From an uncultured Candidatus Saccharibacteria bacterium (GTDB taxonomy: Bacteria; Patescibacteriota; Minisyncoccia; Phycocordibacterales; GWA1-40-21), in the NCBI GenBank assembly GCA_964513515.1, contig CAZEMP010000002.1, positions 82,232 to 146,231 on the forward strand: a stretch of 64,000 nt of DNA, written 5' to 3'. The translations under genes were made by a program, and so were the position numbers. The notes under the pieces are model-generated. The model made no database searches and had not been told where the DNA came from. It saw only the letters and a list, made by a program, of their open reading frames with translations. Positions 21,163 to 32,046 of this stretch are shown in pieces. Position 1 is the stretch's first letter, and each line of letters opens with the position of its first letter.

Positions 21163-22677
21163 TTAACTAACCTTATGGCTTTTTCTTATTACTTTTAATT
21201 CTTCTTCATTTTCAATTTCTTTCTTCTTTTTCCCTTCTTCCCCAAGTTCCTTTAGTTCTTTTTCTGGAAGTTTAATAAGTTTTATCGCACGTCCATTCAA
21301 GTATTCTTCAATATTTAATTTAGGGTTTTCTAATACTTCTTCTAAAAGCGCATGTAAAACGAAGCCTATTTTTGGGCCCGGATTCTCCTTTGTCACTTCC
21401 ATAATTTTTCTTCCATCAATCTTTAGCATACCAACAGATATTGGATCACGTAGAGCCTCATCTATCATCGCATGATATTTTCTAAGTCTATATGGCTCTG
21501 CTTTTGGTCTTCCTGTTCCTATTCTGTCACAGACACGAAGATCCATCAGATCCCAAATATTATCTTTTCCAATTTTTACAATAACTCTTCTTACTGCAGA
21601 AAGTGTTATCTGTGCAGTATCTGAGAAGAACATATGCATTCTTACAAGTTTTGTTACCTTCTCAATAACTTTTTGTGAGTATCTCAAATCTTGCAAGATT
21701 TTCTCTGTCATCTTTGCACCAACCACCTCATGTCCATAGAAGCTCCAGGTTTTTGAACCTTCTTCACCTTTTCTTCTCGATTTAGGTTTACCAATATCAT
21801 GTAAAAGTGACGAAAGTCTCAATTCTAGGCTCCATTTTCTGTCTGCTGCACATTGTAAAGCTACCAATGAATGTTCCCATACATCATATTTGTGTGCACC
21901 ACCTTGTTCAATACCTATTGTTTTTTCTAGTTCAGGTATTATATATCTCAACAGTCCAAATTTATTACATAATTTTAGTCCATCCATTGGACTGTCTGAC
22001 AAAATTATTTTTGTAAATTCATCTCTAACTCTTTCTTTTGCAATTTTTGAAAGAAGATGTGATTCTTCAAGCAGTGCTTTTTCCGTATCCTTTTCAATTT
22101 CAAAGCCAACATAGTTTCCTATTCTTACTGCTCGCAATATTCTAAGACCATCTTCTTGAAACCTTTCATGAGGATTACCAACAGTTCTAAGCACTTTATT
22201 TTTTAAGTCTTCTTGTCCTTTAAATAGGTCCACAACCTGTCCTTTATAGTAATCTTTTTGACTTCCTTCCCCATCAACATTTAAAGCTATAGCATTTATA
22301 GTGAAGTCTCTTCTTTTTAGATCATCCTCTAATTTACCACTAAAAGTAACCTTATCTGGTCTTCTATTATCAGAGTATTCAGATTCTAGTCTATAAGGAG
22401 TAACCTCAATAACCTTAAGTGTTTCATCAGAAACTGTTTCGTCCACCACACCAACAGTTCCATAATTATTTTCATAAAAAGTATCTGGAAATATTCTTAT
22501 AATATCATCTGGCTTGGCATTTGTAGTAAAATCCCAATCTTTTGGTTTAACATTTAACAAAATATCACGAACACAACCCCCTATTAGATAGGCTTCATAC
22601 CCAGCATTCTTTAATTTTTGTGAAACTTCCAAAACTTCTTTAGGGATTGGACCGTATTCTGCTGTAGTTTTTTTCAT
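21163..22677 (-). CDS. cca: CCA-adding tRNA nucleotidyltransferase with C-terminal HD domain
   Basis: PolyA-polymerase head domain GGCVRD...DWDFTT. HD motif LHDIGK in the C-terminal half. 504 aa. Confidence 0.8.
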   Translation of the reverse strand: MKKTTAEYGPIPKEVLEVSQKLKNAGYEAYLIGGCVRDILLNVKPKDWDFTTNAKPDDIIRIFPDTFYENNYGTVGVVDETVSDETLKVIEVTPYRLESEYSDNRRPDKVTFSGKLEDDLKRRDFTINAIALNVDGEGSQKDYYKGQVVDLFKGQEDLKNKVLRTVGNPHERFQEDGLRILRAVRIGNYVGFEIEKDTEKALLEESHLLSKIAKERVRDEFTKIILSDSPMDGLKLCNKFGLLRYIIPELEKTIGIEQGGAHKYDVWEHSLVALQCAADRKWSLELRLSSLLHDIGKPKSRRKGEEGSKTWSFYGHEVVGAKMTEKILQDLRYSQKVIEKVTKLVRMHMFFSDTAQITLSAVRRVIVKIGKDNIWDLMDLRVCDRIGTGRPKAEPYRLRKYHAMIDEALRDPISVGMLKIDGRKIMEVTKENPGPKIGFVLHALLEEVLENPKLNIEEYLNGRAIKLIKLPEKELKELGEEGKKKKEIENEEELKVIRKSHKVS

Positions 22678-22739
22678 TAGGGCAATTTTATTATATTTTT
22701 TGATTTTTAGCTAGTTTAAGGTATTATTCAAAAGCAGTC

Positions 22740-22811
22740 GCACTCGTGGTGAAATGGATATCACAACAGTCTTCGAAATTGTAGTTGTAGGTTCAATTCC
22801 TACCGAGTGCA
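22740..22811 (+). tRNA. tRNA-Arg (anticodon TCG)
   Basis: Acceptor GCACTCG/CGAGTGC, anticodon loop CTTCGAA, T-loop TTCAATT. Confidence 0.75.
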
Positions 22812-22885
22812 CAATGTAAATAAATTAAAAAGCACCTGAAACATATAGTGCTTATTTAACCTACCACCTTCTATTATTCGAACAA

Positions 22886-23569
22886 GTGTGCTATACTTAT
22901 ATAGGTATGAACAATCTTACTAAAAAGAAAAATGCTGTTCAATTGAGAAAACATGGAAAAAGCTATGGCGAAATTAGTAAAATCTTAAATATTCCAAAAA
23001 GTACCCTGTCAGGGTGGTTTTCAAAAGTTAACTGGTCAGATGAAATAAGGAAAAAACTCAATGAAAGTATGTTGCCTATACATGTAGATCGTTTAAAAAA
23101 AATGAATATTGTTCGCAGAAATAATCTAAATGAGCTTTATATAAATGCAAGGAAAGAAGCGGCTGAAGAATTGAAAAAATTAATAAATAATCCCCTGTTC
23201 ATGTTTGGATTGGCACTATACTGGGGTGAAGGAGACAAAGTAACAAAATATCAAATAAGAATAACTAACTCGGATCCAGAAATTATCAGATCCTTTAAAA
23301 TTTTTCTAGAAAGATTTTGTAACGGGAAAAATGAAAAAATATGGTCTGCTTTATTAATTTATCCAGATTTAGACTCAGATACTTGCATAAGTTACTGGTC
23401 TAAAGAAATAGGTTTAGATAAAAAATGTTTTACAAAAAGTACAGTCATAAAGGGAAAACACAAAACAAATAAACTGGCTAACGGTATATGTATTTTGGGA
23501 ATAAGTAGTAGATTTTTAAAAGAGAAGATGTTAGAATGGCTTCGTTTAGTTCCAGATTATATCGAATAA
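22886..23569 (+). CDS. Hypothetical HTH-containing protein wedged between two tRNA genes
   Basis: N-terminal helix-turn-helix (YGEISKILNIPKSTLSGWF). A faint LAGLIDADG-like stretch (GLALYWGEGDK) is not convincing. Confidence 0.4.
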   Translation: MCYTYIGMNNLTKKKNAVQLRKHGKSYGEISKILNIPKSTLSGWFSKVNWSDEIRKKLNESMLPIHVDRLKKMNIVRRNNLNELYINARKEAAEELKKLINNPLFMFGLALYWGEGDKVTKYQIRITNSDPEIIRSFKIFLERFCNGKNEKIWSALLIYPDLDSDTCISYWSKEIGLDKKCFTKSTVIKGKHKTNKLANGICILGISSRFLKEKMLEWLRLVPDYIE

Positions 23570-23576
23570 TAAAGAT

Positions 23577-23647
23577 GCGGGCATGGTTTAGTGGTAAAAC
23601 GGGTCCTTGCCAAGGACCAGTCGAGGTTTCGATTACCTCTGCCCGCA
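23577..23647 (+). tRNA. tRNA-Gly (anticodon GCC)
   Basis: Acceptor GCGGGCA/TGCCCGC, anticodon stem GGTCC/GGACC with loop TTGCCAA, T-arm GAGGT-TTCGATT-ACCTC. Confidence 0.85.
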
Positions 23648-24166
23648 CAACAATAATGACCTGGCCGGGTCGTTTTTTTGTTTTTTAAAACCTAATAAAG
23701 TTTTTTAATCAAAATTATATAAAACTTTAAGAAATTCAGAATAATTTTTATTAATTAGTATGATTAGATAAAAATTATTTATTTTTTTTGAGAATTTTTT
23801 CTGAAATTTAAAAAATTTTATAAACTTTTTAAAAAGACAGTTAAATTATCTTAATAGACACATAACAACACAATTTAGCAAAAAAGTAATATTAATCATA
23901 TTTATACGTTTTAAAATAAGGCTATTTTTTGATCAAACTGTGGATAACTATGTGTATATGTTAATTAAAGACAGCTATTGGCGGTCTTATAAAAACCGTG
24001 ACTTTATAGTCTTTTATTGAATATATGGCTATAAATATGGTTTATTATCAAATATAGTCCTTAATATTTAGAATGTCTGATAAGAGTGTTTCTAAGTAAC
24101 ACTCACCTTGTTTCATGTGAAATGTTGGAGTAATAAATATCTTTGAATCTGCTATAATTAAATAAA

Positions 24167-24568
24167 TTGAATACTAAGCATAATAATAAAAAAGTAGGGA
24201 ATTTAGGGGAAGAGCTTGCTTGCAGGTTTCTTATGAAACATGATTTTAGGGTATTAGATAGGAATTATCTAAAGAAATGTGGAGAAATAGACATAATAGC
24301 ATTAAAATACAATAGAATAAGGTTTATTGAGGTAAAGTCTGTTTCATGCGAAACATTGCCAGAATTAGAGGCTGTAAACATAGACTTTAGACCAGAAGAC
24401 AATGTTCATCCATGGAAACTGCAACGCTTAGTAAAAACAATACAACTTTATCTTTCAGAAAAAGACGTTTCACCTGAAACTGATTGGCAAATAGACATAA
24501 TAACAGTTTACATAGACAAAATAAGGCTTATTTCAAGAGTGTGTATATTAGAAAATATAATACAGTAA
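24167..24568 (+). CDS. yraN: YraN-family (UPF0102) endonuclease
   Basis: N-terminal NLGEELACRFLMKHDFRVLDRN and GEIDIIALK...IEVKS. Confidence 0.75.
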   Translation: MNTKHNNKKVGNLGEELACRFLMKHDFRVLDRNYLKKCGEIDIIALKYNRIRFIEVKSVSCETLPELEAVNIDFRPEDNVHPWKLQRLVKTIQLYLSEKDVSPETDWQIDIITVYIDKIRLISRVCILENIIQ

Positions 24569-25684
24569 TTTCTTACTAATAAGAAAGCGCCCATGTTTCA
24601 GGGCGCGTTTTCTTATCGGTAGATAGTTTTTAGTTATCTCCCGATAACGAGATAGCTCTCTCCTTGTCGGGAAATCCTTACCTTGGACTTCCTCAGGACA
24701 GACGTCGACTCTCTCCAGACGAAGGACTGAATCTTCAGCGATCCAGATTCCTTCTTGTCAGACTGGTGATTCGTGGACTTTCGCACTGGGATTCCTCCCA
24801 TTTTTTGTTGTGCGTCAAGAGCCTCCCAGTGCTATTCTATCATAATAAAGGACAAAAAACAAAAGGACATACAGCTGTTGATAACTAAAGTATAAAATAT
24901 GGCTATAAATAAGGTTTAATAGGAAATGAAAAAACCGCACCAAAGTCGGATTGACACTTGCTGCGGCTGCGAAAGCGGAAACCTCGTCATTTATCATTAT
25001 CCCTGTTTTTACCTTTTTATCTTAGAACATAAAAAATTTGTGGTAATTTTAGGGAAGGAAAGTAATGATAGATAACCAAATCAACCTTTCATTTCGAAGA
25101 TTAGCTAGATCTTCTAAAGAAAGAACATATTGCATTTAGGTGTAAAGGAGGACAAGAGAGTTGTTGCGGACTCTGTTTGTCTAACACCCAAAACTTATCC
25201 GTTTACTATTATATGTCCTTTAAAAAATATGTAAAGGACAAATATGTGGATAACTTATGTAATTATGTCCTATATAGAATATGGCTAATAATATGACTAT
25301 AATTGTATTTTTTACTTTATATAAAATTTAATAATATTTTTCATCAATGTAATTTTAGAAATTTATTTATATTTTTGTTTACTTTAATAAATTATATTTT
25401 TTCTATTTGACACGGTTATTTAATAGGAATATAATTTAGCTGTAGATCACTAGCAATGCTACTGATCTATACTACCTGATTGCAGAATCAGGGCGTATCG
25501 GGAGAATAATCATTCATTTGATTTGCTTCCCAGTCCGTGTGGTTTGTGACTTTATGTCCGGACTTTAAACTACCACACCCAGTTCTTTTTAAATCTATAT
25601 AGCTCATAGACCTATATAGTAGCAACCATTTGCTCCCATTAGTCTATGCAGCCACCTTCGGGTCGGCTGTTTTTAATTATTTTT

Positions 25685-26449
25685 TTATTTGAGCTCCAAT
25701 AATATTGGACAGTGATCTGATCCCATAACACTGTCTAATATCTCAGCTTTTTTTATACGGTCTTTAAGTGAATCAGAAACAAAAAAATAGTCTATGCGCC
25801 AACCAATATTCCTATCTCTTGCATAAGTTTTCATATCCCACCAACTATATTGAATTTTTTTAGGATATAGATTACGAAATGTATCCATATATCCATGCGA
25901 TACTACTTTATCAATCCACTCTCTTTCCATCGGTAAAAAACCAGTGTGTTTTTCATTTTCTTTTGGTCGAGACAAATCTATTTCATTATGAGCAGTATTT
26001 ACATCTCCACAAAAAATCACATTTTTCCCTTTCCTCTTTAGCTTATCGATAAATTTTAGAAATTCATCATAATATTCCATTTTGTATTTAAGTCTTTCAG
26101 GGCCACCACCACCATTTGGAAAATATACATTTAAAAGTACAAAGTCCTTATAATAAGCCACCAAAGTACGTCCTTCATCATCAAATTTTGGTATTCCTAT
26201 ACCGTATTCTATCTTTTCCGGTTCAATTTTTGAGAAAATAGCTACACCGCTATATCCCTTTTTCATTTTTGAGTGATCGAAATATGCATGATATCCAATA
26301 GGAGATCTGACTTCTGGTGGAAGTTGTTCAGGATGAGCTTTTGTTTCTTGTAGACAAAAAATATCTGGGTCAATTTCAAAAATAGAATCAAAAGATCCCT
26401 TTTTGTGAACTGCTCTCAAACCATTTACATTCCAAGACAATAATTTCAT
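25685..26449 (-). CDS. xth: Exodeoxyribonuclease III / AP endonuclease
   Basis: MKLLSWNVNGLRA start and the ExoIII/APE1 catalytic residue pattern. Confidence 0.9.
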   Translation of the reverse strand: MKLLSWNVNGLRAVHKKGSFDSIFEIDPDIFCLQETKAHPEQLPPEVRSPIGYHAYFDHSKMKKGYSGVAIFSKIEPEKIEYGIGIPKFDDEGRTLVAYYKDFVLLNVYFPNGGGGPERLKYKMEYYDEFLKFIDKLKRKGKNVIFCGDVNTAHNEIDLSRPKENEKHTGFLPMEREWIDKVVSHGYMDTFRNLYPKKIQYSWWDMKTYARDRNIGWRIDYFFVSDSLKDRIKKAEILDSVMGSDHCPILLELK

Positions 26450-26557
26450 ACAGAGCTATTGTACTATATTTTATAGACTATAGCAGTATTTTAATTCAAG
26501 TAATGTTTATGATATAATCTGCTGTATTATTAGAAACTAACTAAATTTATAAATTAT

Positions 26558-26929
26558 ATGAAAAAAATTATTGCGATTTTATCAGCCTTTTTATTACCGG
26601 TAGTATCTTTTGCTCAAAGCTACGGTTTTAGAATGATGGATTATGGAAATAAAGGATATGGATATGGTGAGGCAGGATCTGGCTGTTTAATGCCTGGACT
26701 TATGTCTTTCTTGTTTATTATACCAATGCTCGGAGGAGTGGTTGTGGTAGCGCTATTTATCTTTTGGGTATTAATGCTTGTTGATGCAATTAAAAACTCT
26801 TCAGAAAAAATGAAAATAGCTTGGGTACTTGTGATTATCTTTACACACATTGTTGGTGCCTTTATATATTATTTTGTAGAAAAGAGACCAAGAGATCAAA
26901 AGGGAGGTCACGAACATTCAGATAAATAA
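26558..26929 (+). CDS. Small membrane protein with PLD-nuclease N-terminal (PLDc_N) domain
   Basis: Signal peptide, Gly-rich region, then transmembrane pair AWVLVIIFTHIVGAFIYYFV typical of the PLDc_N family. Confidence 0.55.
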   Translation: MKKIIAILSAFLLPVVSFAQSYGFRMMDYGNKGYGYGEAGSGCLMPGLMSFLFIIPMLGGVVVVALFIFWVLMLVDAIKNSSEKMKIAWVLVIIFTHIVGAFIYYFVEKRPRDQKGGHEHSDK

Positions 26930-26971
26930 AAATTAAACTAAAAACCACCCCGTAAGACTTCGGGGCGGTTT

Positions 26972-27928
26972 TTAGTTTTTCTTATTATGAAAATTTTTAT
27001 GAATATCTCTCAGATGTTTGTCGGTAATATGTGTATATATCTGGGTTGTAGCTATATTTGCGTGACCAAGCATCGTTTGTACAGAGCGTAAGTCTGCACC
27101 ATTACTCAAAAGATCTGTAGCAAAAATGTGACGAAGTACGTGGGGAGTTACCTTTTTTGATATTCCAGATTTTGTAGCATAGAATTTAATTATTCTTTCT
27201 ACAGAGCGTGGAGTCAATGCATTAGATATTTCATTTTGTTTCGTATCGAGCTTTTTTATTGGTGAAGCAATTTGAACAAAAAGAGCGTCTGACATATCAT
27301 CTCTTTTATCTAAATACATTTTTAATGCTTCTTTTGCCTCATTTGAAATAAAAACCACTCGAACTTTTTCTCCTTTTCCTCTGATTGATAGTTCATCTAT
27401 TTTTAAATTAATATCTCTTGGTAGGGAACATAGCTCAGAAACACGTAGACCCGTGGAAAATAGAAGTTCTAAAATAGCCTTATCTCGCAAGCCTTTTAGA
27501 GTGCTAGTGCCTGGAGATTTTAAAATTTTATCCAAATCTTCTCGAGAAATAAGGTCTAAGGATCTCTCGCCAACTTTTGCGAGCTCTATTCTCTCTGGAG
27601 ACATCGTTTTTATACCAATTTTATTTGCAAATTTTAAATATGCTCGCAGAGCAATCAAATAATAGTTTTGAGTTCTTTTTTTTAAAGTCTCCGAACGGCC
27701 ATCTCTTTGATAAAGCTTTTTTCCATTATTTTGTTTAACGACCTGTCTATTTAAAAAGAGTCTGTACTCTCTAAACATATTATCAGTAATATCTTCTGGA
27801 TTTATATCCCTAGCAAATTCTATAAATTTATCTATATATCTATTGTAATTTACAACAGTCTTTATGCTTCGACCCCTTTCTATTTCTATATATTCAAGAA
27901 ATTGTCTTTTAAGTTCAGATAGTTTCAT
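26972..27928 (-). CDS. xerC: Tyrosine site-specific recombinase XerC/XerD family
   Basis: Catalytic region HVLRHIFATDLL...LGHANIATTQIYTHI with the conserved Tyr. Confidence 0.85.
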   Translation of the reverse strand: MKLSELKRQFLEYIEIERGRSIKTVVNYNRYIDKFIEFARDINPEDITDNMFREYRLFLNRQVVKQNNGKKLYQRDGRSETLKKRTQNYYLIALRAYLKFANKIGIKTMSPERIELAKVGERSLDLISREDLDKILKSPGTSTLKGLRDKAILELLFSTGLRVSELCSLPRDINLKIDELSIRGKGEKVRVVFISNEAKEALKMYLDKRDDMSDALFVQIASPIKKLDTKQNEISNALTPRSVERIIKFYATKSGISKKVTPHVLRHIFATDLLSNGADLRSVQTMLGHANIATTQIYTHITDKHLRDIHKNFHNKKN

Positions 27929-28002
27929 TCATTACCATTTTACCATGTCGCAAAATATTTTAAAGGTTAAAGGTTGCATTTAGCAAATAAATGTGATATC
28001 CT

Positions 28003-28272
28003 ATGGCCATGTTAACAAAGGCCAAAAAACAGAAAGTAATAAAAGAAGTAGCAATACATGCCACAGATACTGGTTCTCCAGAGGTTCAAATCGCTATGCT
28101 TTCTAAGAGAATTGATGAATTAACTAAGCATTTAAAGAAAAACGCTAAAGATAATCACTCAAGAAGAGGACTACTTGGAATGGTAGCCGACAGAAGAAGA
28201 CATTTGAAATACTTACAAAAGACTTCTGTGAAAAGATACGATGCGATAATGAAGACAGTGGGACTTAAGTAA
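28003..28272 (+). CDS. rpsO: 30S ribosomal protein S15
   Basis: GSPEVQIAMLS...HSRRGLL...RRRHLKYL signature. Confidence 0.95.
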   Translation: MAMLTKAKKQKVIKEVAIHATDTGSPEVQIAMLSKRIDELTKHLKKNAKDNHSRRGLLGMVADRRRHLKYLQKTSVKRYDAIMKTVGLK

Positions 28273-28394
28273 AACCAAAGAAAAAAACTGCTTCCATGCA
28301 GTTTTTTTCTTTGGTTTTAGATTCATGATTCAAGATTTACGATTCATGATATAATTCCGAATAGGTCGAATTAATAGAAATAATTTTAATATAT

Positions 28395-28916
28395 ATGTCA
28401 GTAATTAAACATAAGAGCCAAAGAGTTGGAATTTTTATAGATACACAAAATATTTATCATTCTGCAAAGAATTTATATGGTGCAAAAGTAAATTTTGGAC
28501 AAGTAGTAAAGGATGCTTTAGACGGAAGATTTTTGATAAGAGCAACAGCTTATGTGATAACAACAGAATCAGGAGATGAAAAGAATTTTTTTGAAGCTTT
28601 GAGTAAGGTTGGAATCACTACAAAAACAAAAAATTTACAGATTTTTGCCGGAGGTTCTAAAAAAGCAGATTGGGATGTGGCGATGGCAATAGATGCTATC
28701 TCACTTTCACCGAAGCTTGATGCGGTTATTCTAGTAACAGGGGATGGAGACTTTATTCCACTTGTAGAATATCTAAGAGTGACACAAGGATGTCAGGTGG
28801 AACTGGTATCTTTTGGTAAATCAACATCATCGAAACTTATTGAGGTTGTGGATGACTTTATGGATCTAGATAAGAATCCATATAAGTATATGATCGGGCA
28901 GGGGAAAAGAAGATAG
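28395..28916 (+). CDS. NYN-domain (LabA-like) protein
   Basis: VGIFIDTQNIYHS ... acidic residues VTGDGDF typical of NYN nucleases. Confidence 0.65.
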   Translation: MSVIKHKSQRVGIFIDTQNIYHSAKNLYGAKVNFGQVVKDALDGRFLIRATAYVITTESGDEKNFFEALSKVGITTKTKNLQIFAGGSKKADWDVAMAIDAISLSPKLDAVILVTGDGDFIPLVEYLRVTQGCQVELVSFGKSTSSKLIEVVDDFMDLDKNPYKYMIGQGKRR

Positions 28917-29042
28917 AAAAAAGTATAAGGGTCCAATATAAGTATAAGGAAAATCCATGATAAAAAAAGGCGGTTCGCATCGCGAACCGCCTTTTTGTAT
29001 CACAATAGACTTTTAGACTATAAAACTATAATATAGTTTTAT

Positions 29043-29786
29043 ATGATTTATTTTTATTACGGGACAGATACTGAATCTGCAAGAAAAAAGGCTAAAGTAA
29101 CTATTGATTCTTTAATTTTAAAAAGACCAGAGGTTACGCTTATTAAATTGGGAGATGAGGATTTATCTCTAGATAAAATAATAGAGCTTGCAGGTGGACA
29201 GGCACTTTTTTCTAATAAATATATCGTGTCTTTATATAAAACCTTTGATAATAAAGAAAATAAAGAATTAATTTTAAAAAATATAAAAGAGTTTGCTGGT
29301 TCAGACAACATTTTTATTTTTGCTGAGGGTAAAATGGATAAGGCAAGCATTGCAAAAATAGAAAAGAATGCAGAAAAAGTTCAAGAGTTTGTAAAACCAG
29401 ATAAAATTTTAAATAAAAAAGAAAAACTTGCACTTATTGGTGAAAAAATAGACTTTTTTGAATTTGCAGATGCCCTAGGCAGGAAAGATAAAAGGGGATT
29501 ATGGGTTTTGTACCAGGATGCTTTATCTGAACAAGTGCCTGCAGAGGAAGTGCATGGAATTTTTTTCTGGCAAGTAAAAAGTATGTTGCTTGCTAAGAAA
29601 TGTAAGACAGCAGAAGAGGCTAAAATGAAACCTTTTCCATTTCAAAAAGCGCAAGAATATTCTAGAAATTATAAAGATGGAGAACTTGAAAATTTATCTT
29701 CAAAACTTATTTCTATGTATCATGAGGCTCACAGAGGTAATGAAGATTTTTTCATAGCTTTAGAGAAATTTATATTGGAATTATAA
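29043..29786 (+). CDS. holA: DNA polymerase III delta subunit-like protein
   Basis: MIYFYYGTD start and overall helical clamp-loader delta architecture. Weak. Confidence 0.4.
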   Translation: MIYFYYGTDTESARKKAKVTIDSLILKRPEVTLIKLGDEDLSLDKIIELAGGQALFSNKYIVSLYKTFDNKENKELILKNIKEFAGSDNIFIFAEGKMDKASIAKIEKNAEKVQEFVKPDKILNKKEKLALIGEKIDFFEFADALGRKDKRGLWVLYQDALSEQVPAEEVHGIFFWQVKSMLLAKKCKTAEEAKMKPFPFQKAQEYSRNYKDGELENLSSKLISMYHEAHRGNEDFFIALEKFILEL

Positions 29787-29942
29787 AGGTTTAGTATAGA
29801 CTTTTCATCAATTTCTTGTTATCCCAGTACCATAACCGAGCTTATGTGCTCGGTTAGCTACGAGACTGCATAATTTAATTATGATTACATAATTAAATTA
29901 TTTGTATTTTTACTATATTTTTGCTAGATTTATCTGGTCTAT

Positions 29943-30015
29943 GCGCTTATAGCTCAGTCGGTAGAGCAGCTCCCTTTTAAGGAGACGGTCGTTGGTTCGA
30001 TTCCAACTAAGCGCA
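29943..30015 (+). tRNA. tRNA-Lys (anticodon TTT)
   Basis: Acceptor GCGCTTA/TAAGCGC, anticodon loop CTTTTAA, T-arm GTTGG-TTCGATT-CCAAC. Confidence 0.85.
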
Positions 30016-30080
30016 CAAAATAAAACCGCTAAGGCGGTGTTTTATTTTGTGGCTTAAGTGAGCCAACTGCTTGGCTCACG

Positions 30081-30498
30081 TGTTGGAATCGAACAGCGGA
30101 ATGATGTTTTGCAAGCTTGCAAAACGAATGAGCTGGTGCCCAGACAAAAGCGAGTGTTGACGAGCTTTTAGTCGAGGGAGATAAGCGAAGCGGTCCAACT
30201 AAGCGCACAGTGCAAACAATTGAAAATCACTCTTATATTTATGGAGTGATTTTCTTTTGCACTGTGCGAGACGGAGCGCGACGGCGCGAGTCGGGGTCGA
30301 GAGATTTTTCAGCAGAAAAATACTCGTGACCACACGAGTGTGCGCTTAGAATGAGCAAAAGTATTTGCTCATGTTTGGAATCGAAAGACGGAAGTCATTT
30401 TTATAGCAGTAAAAATGACTGAGTCGGGGTCGCAAGTTTTTGTGAGCGATGGCGAGCAAAAAACTAGTGACCGAAAGTGTACTCACGGTCCAACTAAG
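30081..30498 (+). repeat. Tandem array of three tRNA-Lys-3-prime-end-mimicking structured elements (copies A, A1, A2)
   Basis: Copy A (30081-30209) ends in a direct copy GGTCCAACTAAGCGCACA of the tRNA-Lys 3-prime end plus 2 nt of flank. Copy A1 (30210-30340) ends in the inverted copy GTGTGCGCTTAG. Copy A2 (30340-30498) ends in the direct copy GGTCCAACTAAG. Shared modules: TTGGAATCGAA(C/A)AG(C/A)CGG, GAGTCGGGGTCG, A4-T4 hairpins. Confidence 0.65.
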
Positions 30499-31465
30499 TA
30501 TTGAGTATCAATTACATATAGTATTTTTGCACTATGTTATAATTGGCGTATTACAAATTAACAAGAAACTTATGGAATTTGAAAAGCCAAAAGAATACAC
30601 CACAGATGAAATATCTGAATTAGAAAGAAAACGAACTATTTCTGAAGGGCAATTATTAGAAGAAGGGGCAGAGTATAAAGTTAATGATAAAGGTGAAAAA
30701 ATACTGATACCAACTAGAAAACAATATATTGGACTTCAAAAACTAACTGAAAAACAAGAACGTAATCTTCTTAGAGAGCTTCGGTCGGAAAAAACTATAG
30801 CCAAAGAACTGGGATTGGAATTTAGAGAAATTGCCCGCGATATTAGCGGAATCAATGAACACACTAAAGCATATATTGGTAAGCTGGAACCGGGTATTTT
30901 TGAAGCTATTCAGAAACATAATATTGGATATGTTCATTTCGGATTGGACACATGGACACCTTATCAAAATAATATTTTTGATTCATTTAACCAAAAAATA
31001 GACTGTGAGATCGGAGGAGAATCGATACAGGAAATCAAAAATCAGCTTAAATCAAAAAAAATCGCCACAAGTAAATTTTCAGAAAAAATGCTGGGAAGTG
31101 CAGATTTTAATACTCTAGAAAATGTGGAAAATATTGATTTGATCAGACTAACTCTCAGGGACCTTGGTCTTACGGAAGGGGTTTCGATAAACACAATCTA
31201 TCAGAAAGCAAAGGAATTGGGATTGGATCTTTGTCCTGCAGAGATCGGTCCACGCTATCCTTATGATGATGAGTATCGATATACCACTGATATCTACTAT
31301 ATTGCAATGGAGCCGATAGGCCCATATATTTTCTCGCTGAAGAATTCCGGAGGAAGAAAATTACAAGGAACTCTAGCGGGCAATCGATGGCCACTTAATT
31401 CAATATTTATTTTTCGTCTTCCTAAAATTACTAATTCTAAAGAAGTCACTACGACTCCTAATTAA
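30449..31465 (+). CDS. Hypothetical protein (probable true start at internal Met near 30573)
   Basis: The ORF 5-prime end overlaps the tRNA-linked repeat. A more plausible start is MEFEKPKEY. No recognisable domain. Confidence 0.4.
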   Translation: MASKKLVTESVLTVQLSIEYQLHIVFLHYVIIGVLQINKKLMEFEKPKEYTTDEISELERKRTISEGQLLEEGAEYKVNDKGEKILIPTRKQYIGLQKLTEKQERNLLRELRSEKTIAKELGLEFREIARDISGINEHTKAYIGKLEPGIFEAIQKHNIGYVHFGLDTWTPYQNNIFDSFNQKIDCEIGGESIQEIKNQLKSKKIATSKFSEKMLGSADFNTLENVENIDLIRLTLRDLGLTEGVSINTIYQKAKELGLDLCPAEIGPRYPYDDEYRYTTDIYYIAMEPIGPYIFSLKNSGGRKLQGTLAGNRWPLNSIFIFRLPKITNSKEVTTTPN

Positions 31466-31528
31466 TTTCTTTGTAGTATAAAAAATAAACCCCTTGCATA
31501 AGCTTGCTTATGCAAGGGGTTGTTTTGG

Positions 31529-31954
31529 TTAGCGATGAAGAATCACTGTGCGCGGATCTTCATTCCCGCGACGATCCATAAGATTCTTCGCTTCACTATA
31601 CCAGAATGACCATCCATCTTTGGCATCTTTAAACCACCCAGCTCCACCCTCCCTACATTTTGAATAGTCGTGATAGGTGAGGTATGGATAAATACTAGGT
31701 TCGTGAGAACATTTCCAACTAGTTCCTTGGAACATTAGGTACATACCTTGCCATTCCTTCGGAATCAGATCCTGATGTTGTAGTAGATACAAGGCATGTT
31801 TCCAACCAAGCTTGTATTCCCCAAGTACGCAGTGATCAAAGCTCCTTCCGATATTAGGAACGAACGGTTTCCCATCGAACGGAGTATCTTCAGCAAGTTT
31901 CCAGTAGTGAAATAATATGTGCAATCTGAGCGGTGTATTTTTTATTCCGTTCAT
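31529..31954 (-). CDS. Hypothetical protein (moderately GC-rich, probably acquired)
   Basis: 141 aa, Trp/His-rich. GC is clearly higher than that of the flanks. Confidence 0.4.
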   Translation of the reverse strand: MNGIKNTPLRLHILFHYWKLAEDTPFDGKPFVPNIGRSFDHCVLGEYKLGWKHALYLLQHQDLIPKEWQGMYLMFQGTSWKCSHEPSIYPYLTYHDYSKCREGGAGWFKDAKDGWSFWYSEAKNLMDRRGNEDPRTVILHR

Positions 31955-32046
31955 GTTTCCCTCTTATATTTTAAAGTTAAAGAATTCCCCCTACACAAGC
32001 AAGCCTGTGTAGGGGGATAAAGAGATATAGCTCAGGGATGGATGTT

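Noticed and set aside
22886-23569. LAGLIDADG homing endonuclease between tRNA-Arg and tRNA-Gly
   Set aside because: Only a faint GLALYWGEGDK resemblance. It is reported as a hypothetical HTH protein.
24626-24880. Calling this region RNase P RNA or SRP RNA
   Set aside because: Only short motif resemblances exist and no consistent helices (P4 or domain IV) could be assembled by eye. It is left as an unclassified candidate.
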